Source: the human T2T-CHM13v2.0 reference genome, Homo sapiens
Strand: one strand, 5' to 3'
DNA: 64,000 nucleotides
Assembly: GCF_009914755.1 (NCBI RefSeq)
Contig: NC_060933.1
The position numbers and the translations under genes were made by a program. Under the pieces are notes generated by a model. It was not told where the DNA came from. It made no database searches and saw nothing but the letters and a program-made list of their open reading frames with translations. The number at the start of each line of letters is the position of its first letter. The first letter of the stretch is position 1. Shown here piece after piece: positions 44,575 to 56,892 of this stretch.

Positions 44575-47500
44575 AATCAACTCGATTGGAATGGAATGGA
44601 ATGGGATGGTACGGAATAGAATGGAATGGAACGAATTGCAATGGAATGAAATTGAATGGAATGGAATGGAATGGAATGGAATCAACGCGAGTGCAGGGGA
44701 ATGTAATGGAACGGAATGCAATGGAATGGAATCATCCGGAATGGAATGGAATGGAATGGAATGGAATGGAATCAACCCGAGTGCAATGGAATGGAGTGTA
44801 ATGGAATGGAATGGAATGGAACAACCCGAATGGAATGGAATGTAATGGAGAGTAAGGGAATTGAATAGAATCAATCCGAATGTAATGGAATGGAATGCAA
44901 CGCAATGGAATGGAATGGAATGGAATGGAATGCAATGGAATGGAATCAACCGGAGTACAAAGGAATGGAATGGAATGGAATGGAATGGAATGGAATGGAA
45001 TGATACGGAATAGAATGGAATGGAACGAAATGGTATGGAATGGAATAGAATGCAATGGAATGGAATGGAATTGTTCCGAGGGAATAGGAGGGAATGTATT
45101 CGAGTGGAATGGAAAGGAATGGAATCAACCAGAGTGGAATGGAAGGGAATGGAATGGAATGGAAACTAATAGAATGGAATCAACCCGAGTGGAATGGAAT
45201 GGAAAGGACTGGAATGGAATGGAATGGAATGGAATGGAATGGAATGGAATTAACCCGAATACAATGGAATGGAATGGAATGGAACGGAATGGAGTGGAAT
45301 GCAATGGAATCAACCCGAGGGCAGGGGAATGGAATGGAATGGAATGCAATGGAATGCAATCATCCGGAATGGAATGGAATGGAATGGAATGCAAAGCAAT
45401 GGAATCAACTCGATTGCAATGGAATGGAATGGAATGGAAAGGAATACATTGGAATCAACCCGAGTGGAATGGAATGGAAAGGACTGGAATGGAGTGGAAT
45501 GGAATGGAATGGAATGGAATGGAATGGAATGGAATCAACTCGGTTGGAATGGAATGGAATGGAATGGAATGGAATGGAATTAACCCGAGTAGAATGGAAT
45601 GGAATGGAATGGAACGGAACGGAACGGAACGGAACGGAATGGAATGGAATGGAACAGAACGGAACGGAATGGAATGGAATGGAAAGGAATCAACGCGAGT
45701 GCAGGGGAATGTAATGGAATGGAATGAAATGGAATGGAATCTGCCAGAATGGAATGGAATGGAATGGAATAGAATGGAATGGAATGGAATGGAATGGAAT
45801 CAACCCGAGTACAGGGGAATGGAATGGAATGTAATGCAATGGAATGGAATCATCCGTAATGGAATGGAAAGGAATGGAATGGAATGGAATGGAATGCAAT
45901 GGATTCAACTCGATTGCAATGAAATGGAATAGAATGGAATGGAATGGAATGGTATGGAATGGAATGGAATTAACCCGAATAGAATGGAATGGAATGGTAT
46001 GGAACGGAACAGAACGGAACGGAACCGAATGGAATGGAATGGAATGGAATGCAATGGAATGGAATGGAATTGTATGGAATGGAATGGAATGGTACAGAAT
46101 AGAATGGAATGGAAAGAATTGCAATGGAATGGAATCGAATGGAATGGAATGGAATGGAATGGAATGGAATGGAATGGAATGGAATGGAATGGAACCAACC
46201 CGAGTGCAATGGAATGGATTGGAATGCAATGGAATGGAATGGAACAACCCGAATGGAATGGAATGTAATGGAGAGTAAGGGAGTTGAATAGAATCAATCC
46301 GAATGTAATGGAATGGAATGGAACGGAATGGAATGGAATGGAATTGAATGGAATGCAATGGAATGGAATCAACCCGAGTACAATGGAATGGAATGGAATG
46401 GAAAGGAATGGAATGGAATGGAATGGAATGGAATGGAATGGAATCAACCCGAGTGCAATGGAATAGAGAGGAAAGGAATGGAATGGAATGGAAACTACCC
46501 GAATGGCATGGAATGTAATGAAGAGTAAGGGAATTGAATAGAATCAATCCGAATGGCATGGAATGTAATGGAACGGAATGTAATGTAATGGACTGGAATG
46601 GAATCAACCCCAGTGCAGGGGAATGGAATGGAATGGAATGCAATGGAATGGAATCATCCGGAATGGAATGGAATGGAATGGAATGGAATCAACCCGAGTG
46701 CAAAGGAATGGAGTGAAATGGAATGGAATGGAATGGAAACAACCAGAATGGATTGGAATATAATGGAGTGTAAGGGAATTGAATAGAATCAATCTGAATG
46801 TAATGAAATGGAATGGAACGGAATGGAATGGAATGGAATGGAATGGAATGGAATGGAATGCAATGGAATGGAATCAACCCGAGTGCAATCGAATGGAATC
46901 GAATGGAATGGAATGCAATGGAATGGATTCAACTTGAATGGAAAGGAAAGAATGGAATCAACACGAGTGGAATGGCATGGATTGGAATGGAATGGAATGG
47001 AATCAACCCGAGTACAGGAGAATGGAATGGAATGGAATGCAATGGAATAGAATCATGCGTAATGGAATGGAAAGGAATGGAATGGAATGGAATGGAATGG
47101 AATGGAATCAACTCGATTGCAATCGAATGGAATGGAATGGAATTAACGCGAATAGAATGGAAAGGAATGGAATGGAACGGAACGGAATGGAATGGAATGG
47201 AACGGAAAGGAATGGAATGGAATGGAATGGAATGGAATGGAATGGAATCAACGCGAGTGCAGGGGAATGGAATGGAATCGAATGGAAAGGAATGGAATGG
47301 AATGGAATCAACCCGAGTGCAGGGGAATAAAATGGAACGGAATGCAACGGAATGGAATCATCCGGAATGGAATGGAATGGAATGGAATGCAAAGCAATGG
47401 AATCAACTCGATTGCAATGGAATGGAATGGAATGGAAAGGAATAGAATGGAATCAACCCGAGTGTAATGGAATGGAAAGGACTGGAATGGAGTGGAATGG

Positions 47501-50500
47501 AATGGAATGGAATGGAATGGAATGGAATGGAATCAACTGGATTGGAATGGAATGGAATGGAATGGAATGGAATGGAATGGAATGGAATTAACCCGAATAG
47601 ATTGGAATGGAATGGAATGGAACGGAATGGAATGGAATGGAATGGAATGGAATGGAATCAACCCGACTGCAGGGGAATGGAATGGAATGGAATGGAATGG
47701 AATGGAATCATCCGGAACGGAATGGAATGGAATGGAATGGAATCAACTCCATTGCAATGGAATGGAAGGGAATGGAAAGGAATCGAATGTAATGGAATGG
47801 AATTAACCGGAATAGAATGGAATGGAATGGAATGGAATGGAATGGAATGGAATGGAATGGAATCAACCCGAGTGCAGGGGAATGGAATGGAATGGAATGC
47901 AATAGAATGGAATCATCCCGAATGGAATTGAATGGAATGGAATGCCATCAACCTGATGCAATGGAATGGAGTGGAATGGAATGGAATGGAATGGAAACAT
48001 CCCGAATGGAATGGAATGTAATGGAGGGTGAGGGAATTGAATAGAATCAATCCGAATGTAATGGAATGGAATGGAATGAAATGGAACGGAATGGAATGGA
48101 ATGGAATCAACCCGAGTGCAATGGAAAGGATTCGAATGGAATGGAATGGAATGGAATGGATTCAACAAGAATGGAATGGAAAGGAATGGATTCAACCCGA
48201 GTGTAATGGCATGGAATGGAACGGAATGGAATGGGATGGAATAGAATGGTACGGAATAGAATGGAATGGAATGAAATGGAATGGAATGGAATGGAATGGA
48301 ATGGAATGGAATGGAATCAACTCGATTGCAATCGAATGGAATGGAATGGAATTAACCCGAATAGAATGGAATGGAATGGAATGGAATGGAACGGAATGGA
48401 ATGGAATGGAATGGAATGGAATGGAATGGAATGGAATGGAATTGAACGGAACGGAATGGAATGGAATGGAATGGAATGGAAAGGAATCAACTCGATTGGA
48501 ATGGAATGGAATGGAATGGTACGGAATAGAATGGAATGGAACGAATTGTAATGGAATGATATTGAATGGAATGGAATGGAATGGAATGGAATCAACGCGA
48601 GTGCAGGGGAATGTAATGGAACGGAATGCAATGGAATGGAATCATCCGGAATGGAATGGAATGGAATGGAATGGAATCAACCCGAGTGCAATGGAATGGA
48701 GTGGAATAGAATGGAATGGAATGGAACAACCCGAATGGAATGGAATGTAATGGAGAGTAAGGGAGTTGAATAGAATCAATCCGAATGTAATGGAATGGAA
48801 TGCAACGGAATGGAATGGAATGGAATGGAATGGAATGCAATGGAATGGAATCAACCGGAGTACAATGGAATGGAATGGAATGGAATGGAATGGAATGGAA
48901 TGGAATGGAATGGAATGGAATGATACGGAATAGAATGGAATGGAACGAAATGGTATGGAATGGAATAGAATGCAATGGAATGGAATGGAATTGTTCCGAG
49001 GGAATAGGAGGGAATGTATTCGAGTGGAATGGAAAGGAATGGAATCAACCAGAGTGGAATGGAAGGGAATGGAATGAAATGGAAACTAATAGAATGGAAT
49101 CAACCCGAGTGGAATGGAATGGAAAGGACTGGAATGGAATGGAATGGAATGGAATGGAATTAACCCGAATACAATGGAATGGAATGGAATGGAACGGAAT
49201 GGAGTGGAATGGAATGGAATCAACCCGAGGGCAGGGGAATGGAATGGAATGGAATGCAATGGAATGCAATCATCCGGAATGGAATGGAATGGAATGGAAT
49301 GCAAAGCAATGGAATCAACTCGATTGCAATGGAATGGAATGGAATGGAAAGGAATACATTGGAATCAACCCGAGTGGAATGGAATGGAAAGGACTGGAAT
49401 GGAGTGGAATGGAATGGAATGGAATGGAATGGAATGGAATCAACTCGATTGGAATGGAATGGAATGGAATGGAATGGAATGGAATGGAATTAACCCGAGT
49501 AGAATGGAATGGAATGGAATGGAACGGAACGGAACGGAACGGAACGGAATGGAATGGAATGGAACAGAACGGAACGGAATGGAATGGAATGGAAAGGAAT
49601 CAACGCGAGTGCAGGGGAATGGAATGGAATGGAATGAAATGGAATGGAATCTGCCAGAATGGAATGGAATGGAATGGAATAGAATGGAATGGAATGGAAT
49701 GGAATGGATTCAACCCGAGTACAGGGGAATGGAATGGAATGTAATGCAATGGAATGGAATCATCCGTAATGGAATGGAAAGGAATGGAATGGAATGGAAT
49801 GGAATGCAATGGATTCAACTCGATTGCAATGAAATGGAATAGAATGGAATGGAATGGAATGGAATGGAATGGAATGGAATGGAATGGAATAGAATGGAAT
49901 TAACCCGAATACAATGGAATGGAATGGTATGGAACGGAACGGAACGGAACGGAACCGAATGGAATGGAATGGAATGGAATGGAATGGAATGGAATGGAAT
50001 TGTATGGAATGGAATGGAATGGTACAGAATAGAATGGAATGGAAAGAATTGGAATGGAATGGAATCGAATGGAATGGAATCGAATGGAATGGAATGGAAT
50101 GGAATGGAATGGAATGGAATGGAACCAACCCGAGTGCAATGGAATGGATTGGAATGGAATGGAATGGAATGGAACAACCCGAATGGAATGGAATGTAATG
50201 GAGAGTAAGGGAGTTGAATAGAATCAATCCGAATGTAATGGAATGGAATGGAACGGAATGGAATGGAATGGAATTGAATGGAATGCAATGGAATGGAATC
50301 AACCCGAGTACAATGGAATGGAATGGAAAGGAATGGAATGGAATGGAATGGAATGGAATGGAATGGAATCAACCCGAGGGCAATGGAATAGAGAGGAAAG
50401 GAATGGAATGGAATGGAAACTACCCGAATGGCATGGAATGTAATGAAGTGTAAGGGAATTGAACAGAATCAATCCGAATGGCATGGAATGTAATGGAACG

Positions 50501-52185
50501 GAATGTAATGTAATGGACTGGAATGGAATCAACCCGAGTGCAGGGGAATGGAATGGAATGGAATGCAATGGAATGGAATCATCCGGAATGGAATGGAATG
50601 GAATGGAATGGAATCAACCCGAGTGCAAAGGAATGGAGTGAAATGGAATGGAATGGAATGGAAACAACCAGAATGGATTGGAATATAATGGAGTGTAAGG
50701 GAATTGAATAGAATCAATCTGAATGTAATGAAATGGAATGGAACGGAATGGAATGGAATGGAATGGAATGGAATGGAATGCAATGCAATGGAATGGAATC
50801 AACCCGAGTGCAATCGAATGGAATCGAATGGAATGGAATGCAATGGAATGGATTCAACTTGAATGGAAAGGAAAGAATGGAATCAACACGAGTGGAATGG
50901 CATGGATTGGAATGGAATGGAATGGAATCAACCCGAGTACAGGAGAATGGAATGGAATGGAATGCAATGGAATATAATCATCCGTAATGGAATGGAAAGG
51001 AATGGAATGGAATGGAATGGAATGGAATGGAATGGAATGGAATGGAATGGAATCAACTCGATTGCAATCGAATGCAATGGAATGGAATTAACGCGAATAG
51101 AATGGAATGGAATGGAATGGAACGTAAAGGAATGGAATGGAATGGAACGGAAAGGAATGGAATGGAATGGAATGGAATGGAATGGAATGGAATGGAATGG
51201 AATGGAATCAACCCGAGTGCAGGGGAATGTAATGGAACGGAATGCAATGGAATAGAATCATCCGGAATGGAATGGAATGGAATGGAATGCAAAGCAATGG
51301 AATCAACTCGATTGCAATGGAATGGAATGGAAAGGAATAGAATGGAATCAACCCGAGTGTAATGGAATGGAAAGGACTGGAATGGAGTGGAATGGAATGG
51401 AATGGAATGGAATGGAATGGAATGGAATGGAATTAACCCGAATAGAATGGAATGGAATGGAATGGAACGGAATGGAATGGAATGGAATGGAATGGAATGG
51501 AATGGAATCAACCCGACTGCAGGGGAATGGAATGGAATGGAATGGAATGGAATGGAATGGAATCATCCGGAATGGAATGGAATGGAATGGAATGGAATCA
51601 ACTCGATTGCAATGGAATGGAAGGGAATGGAATGGAATCGAATGTAATGGAATGGAATTAACCGGAATAGAATGGAATGGAATGGAATGGAATGGAATGG
51701 AATGGAATGGAATGGAATCAACCCGAGTGCAGGGGAACGGAATGGAATGGAATGCAATAGAATGGAATCATCCGGAATGGAACGGAATGGAATGGAATGC
51801 CATCAACCTGATGCAATGGAATGGAGTGGAATGGAATGGAATGGAATGGAAACATCCCGAATGGAATGGAATGTAATGGAGTGTAAGGGAATTGAATAGA
51901 ATCAATCCGAATGTAATGGAATGGAATGGAATGAAATGGAACGGAATGGAATGGAATGGAATCAACCCGAGTGCAATGGAATGGATTCGAATGGAATGGA
52001 ATGGAATGGAATGGATTCAACAAGAATGGAATGGAAAGGAATGGATTCAACCCGAGTGTAATGGCATGGAATGGAACGGAATGGAATGGGATGGAATAGA
52101 ATGGTACGGAATAGAATGGAATGGAATGAAATGGAATGGAATGGAATGGAATGGAATGGAATGGAATGGAATGGAATGGAATGGA
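44575..52185 (+). repeat. ~3.9-kb tandem duplication, moderately diverged (copy 1 ~44575-48315, copy 2 ~48485-52185)
   Basis: ORF pairs offset by 3905-3930 (44895/48800, 45269/49179, 46534/50459, 46808/50733), then 3855 (47817/51672). Private variants TTGTTCCGAGGGAAT (45071/48991), CTGCCAGAAT (45741/49651) and GCCATCAACCTGATGC. Confidence 0.88.
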
Positions 52186-53386
52186 ATGAACCCGTGTGCA
52201 ATGGAATGGAATGGAATGGAATGGATTCAACTCGAATGGAATCAACTCGATTGCAATGGAATGGAATGGAATGGAAAGGAATAGAATGGAATCAACCCGA
52301 GTGGAATGGAATGGAAAGGACTGGAATGGAGTGGAATGCAATGGAATGGAATTAACCCGAATAGAATGAAATGGAACGGAATGGAACGGAATGTAATGCA
52401 AAGGAATCGAATGGAATCATCCCGAGTGCAGGGGAATGGAATGGAATGGAATGCAATGCAATGGAATCATCCGGAATGGAATGGAATGGAATGGAATGGA
52501 ATGGAATCAACTCGATTTCAATGGAATGGAATGGAATAGAATGGAATGGAATTAACACGAATAGAATGGAATGGAATGGAATGGAATGGAATGGAATGGA
52601 ATGGAATGGAATGGAATCAACCCGAGTGCAATGGAATGGAGAGGAATGGAATGGAATGGAATGGAAACTACCCGAATGGAATGGAATGGAATGGAGTGTA
52701 AGGGAATTGAATAGAATGAATCCGAATGGAATGGAATGGAATGGAAAGGAATGGAATGGAATGGAATGGAATGCAATGCCATGGAATCAACCCGAGTGCA
52801 ATCGAATGGAATCGAATGGAATCGAATGAAATGGAATGCAATGGAATGGATTCAACTAGAATGGAATGGAAAGAATGGAATCAACACGAGTGGAATGGCA
52901 TGGATTGGAATGGAATGGAATGGAATCAACCCGAGTAGAGGGGAATGGAATGGAATGGAATGAAATGGAATGGAATCATACGTAATGTAATGGAAAGGAA
53001 TGGAATGGAATGGAATGGAATGGAATGGAATGGAATGGAATGGAATGGAATCAACTCGATTGCAATCGAATGGAATGGAATGGAATTAACCCGAATAGAA
53101 TGGAATGGAATGGAATGGAATGGAACGGAACGGAATGGAATGGAATGGAATGGAATGGAATGGAATGGAATGGAACGGATCGGAATGGAATGGAATGGAA
53201 TGGAATGGAATCAACGCGAGTGCAGGGGAATGGAATGGAATGGAATGCAATGGAATGGAATCTTCCGGAATGGAATGGAATGGAATGCAATGGATTCAAC
53301 TCGATTGCAATGGAATGCAATAGAATGGAATGGAATGGAATGGAATGGAATTAACCCGAATAGAATGGAATGGAATGGAATGGAAA

Positions 53387-53426
53387 GGAACGGAACGGAA
53401 CGGAACGGAACGGAACGGAACGGAAC
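53387..53426 (+). repeat. (GGAAC)8 variant-pentamer run
   Basis: Eight consecutive GGAAC units read directly. A duplicate lies at 56853-56892, and shorter runs occur e.g. at 9291-9320. Confidence 0.9.
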
Positions 53427-56400
53427 GGAATGGAATGGAATGGAATGGAATTGTATGGAATGGAATGGAATGGTACGGAATAGAATGGAATGGAAAGAAT
53501 TGGAATGGAATGGAATCGAATGGAATGGAATGGAATGGAATGGAATCAACCCGAGTGCAGGGGAATGTAATGGAACGGAATGTAATGGAATGGAATCATC
53601 CGGAATGGAATGGAATGGAATGGAATGGAATGGAATGGAATGGAATGGAATCAACCCGAGTGCAATGGAATGGAGTGGAATGGAATGGAATGAAATGGAA
53701 CAACCCGAATGGAATGGAATGTAATGGAGAGTAAGGGAGTTGAATAGAATCAATCCGAATGTAATGGAATGGAATGGAACGGAATGGAATTGAATGGAAT
53801 GGAATGGAATGCAATGGAATGGTATCAACCCGAGTGTAATGGAATGGAGAGGAATGGAATGGAATGGAATGGAAACTACCCGAATGGAATGGAATGTAAT
53901 GGAGTGTAAGGGAATTGAATAGTATCAATCCGAATGTAATGGAATGGAATAGAACGGAATGGAATGGAATGCAATGGAATGGAATGGAATGGAATGGAAT
54001 CGTTCCGAGGGGAATAGGAGAGAATGTATTCGAGTGGAATGGAAAGGAATTGAATCAACCAGAGTGGAATGGAAGGGAATGGAATGGAATGGAAACTAAT
54101 AGATTAGATTGGAATCAACCCGAGTGGAATGGAATGGAAAGGACTGAAATGGAAAGGAATGGAATGGAATGGAATCAACTCGATTGTAATGGAATGGAAT
54201 GGAATGGAATGGAACGGAATGGAATGGAATTAACCCGAATACAATGGAATGGAATGGAATGGAATGGAATGGAATGGAATGGAATGGAACGGAATGGAGT
54301 GGAATGGAATGGATTCAACCCGAGTGCACGGGAATGGAATGGAATGGAATGCAATGGAATGGAATCATCCGGAATGGAATGGAATGGAATGGAATGCAAA
54401 GCAATGGAATCAACTCGATTGCAATGGAAAGGAATGGAATGGAAAGGAATAGAATGGAATCAACCTGATTGGAATGGAATGGAAAGGACTGGAATGGAGT
54501 GGAATGGAATGGAATGGAATGGAATGGAATGCAATGGAATGGTATGGAATGGAATGGAATGGTACGGAATAGAATGGAATGGAACGAATTGTAATGGAAT
54601 GGAATTCAATGGAATGGAATGGAATGGAATGGAATCAACGCGAGTGCAGGGGAATGTAATGGAACGGAATGCAATGGAAAGGAATCATCCGGAATGGAAT
54701 GGAATGGAATGGAATGGAATGGAATCAACCCGAGTGCAATGGAATGGAGTGGAATGGAATGGAATGGAATGGAACAACCCAAATGGAATGGAATGTAATG
54801 GAGAGTAAGGGAGTTGAATAGAATCAATCAGAATGTAATGGAATGGAATGCAACGGAATGGAATGGAATGGAATGGAATGGAATGGAATGGAATGGAATG
54901 GAATTAACCCGAATAGAATGGAATGGAATGGAATGGAACGGAATGGAATGGAATGGAATGGAATGGAATGGAATGGAATCAACCCGACTGCAGGGGAATG
55001 GAATGGAATGGAATGGAATGGAATGGAATGGAATCATCCGGAATGGAATGGAATGGAATGGAATGGAATCAACTCGATTGCAATGGAATGGAAGGGAATG
55101 GAATGGAATCGAATGTAATGGAATGGAATTAACCGGAATAGAATGGAATGGAATGGAATGGAATGGAATGGAATGGAATGGAATGGAATCAACCCGAGTG
55201 CAGGGGAACGGAATGGAATGGAATGCAATAGAATGGAATCATCCGGAATGGAACGGAATGGAATGGAATGCCATCAACCTGATGCAATGGAATGGAGTGG
55301 AATGGAATGGAATGGAATGGAAACATCCCGAATGGAATGGAATGTAATGGAGTGTAAGGGAATTGAATAGAATCAATCCGAATGTAATGGAATGGAATGG
55401 AATGAAATGGAACGGAATGGAATGGAATGGAATCAACCCGAGTGCAATGGAATGGATTCGAATGGAATGGAATGGAATGGAATGGATTCAACAAGAATGG
55501 AATGGAAAGGAATGGATTCAACCCGAGTGTAATGGCATGGAATGGAACGGAATGGAATGGGATGGAATAGAATGGTACGGAATAGAATGGAATGGAATGA
55601 AATGGAATGGAATGGAATGGAATGGAATGGAATGGAATGGAATGGAATGGAATGAACCCGTGTGCAATGGAATGGAATGGAATGGAATGGATTCAACTCG
55701 AATGGAATCAACTCGATTGCAATGGAATGGAATGGAATGGAAAGGAATAGAATGGAATCAACCCGAGTGGAATGGAATGGAAAGGACTGGAATGGAGTGG
55801 AATGCAATGGAATGGAATTAACCCGAATAGAATGAAATGGAACGGAATGGAACGGAATGTAATGCAAAGGAATCGAATGGAATCATCCCGAGTGCAGGGG
55901 AATGGAATGGAATGGAATGCAATGCAATGGAATCATCCGGAATGGAATGGAATGGAATGGAATGGAATGGAATCAACTCGATTTCAATGGAATGGAATGG
56001 AATAGAATGGAATGGAATTAACACGAATAGAATGGAATGGAATGGAATGGAATGGAATGGAATGGAATGGAATGGAATGGAATCAACCCGAGTGCAATGG
56101 AATGGAGAGGAATGGAATGGAATGGAATGGAAACTACCCGAATGGAATGGAATGGAATGGAGTGTAAGGGAATTGAATAGAATGAATCCGAATGGAATGG
56201 AATGGAATGGAAAGGAATGGAATGGAATGGAATGGAATGCAATGCCATGGAATCAACCCGAGTGCAATCGAATGGAATCGAATGGAATCGAATGAAATGG
56301 AATGCAATGGAATGGATTCAACTAGAATGGAATGGAAAGAATGGAATCAACACGAGTGGAATGGCATGGATTGGAATGGAATGGAATGGAATCAACCCGA

Positions 56401-56852
56401 GTAGAGGGGAATGGAATGGAATGGAATGAAATGGAATGGAATCATACGTAATGTAATGGAAAGGAATGGAATGGAATGGAATGGAATGGAATGGAATGGA
56501 ATGGAATGGAATGGAATCAACTCGATTGCAATCGAATGGAATGGAATGGAATTAACCCGAATAGAATGGAATGGAATGGAATGGAATGGAACGGAACGGA
56601 ATGGAATGGAATGGAATGGAATGGAATGGAATGGAATGGAACGGATCGGAATGGAATGGAATGGAATGGAATGGAATCAACGCGAGTGCAGGGGAATGGA
56701 ATGGAATGGAATGCAATGGAATGGAATCTTCCGGAATGGAATGGAATGGAATGCAATGGATTCAACTCGATTGCAATGGAATGCAATAGAATGGAATGGA
56801 ATGGAATGGAATGGAATTAACCCGAATAGAATGGAATGGAATGGAATGGAAA

Positions 56853-56892
56853 GGAACGGAACGGAACGGAACGGAACGGAACGGAACGGAAC
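56853..56892 (+). repeat. (GGAAC)8 variant-pentamer run (duplicate)
   Basis: Eight consecutive GGAAC units, offset 3466 from the run at 53387. Confidence 0.9.
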
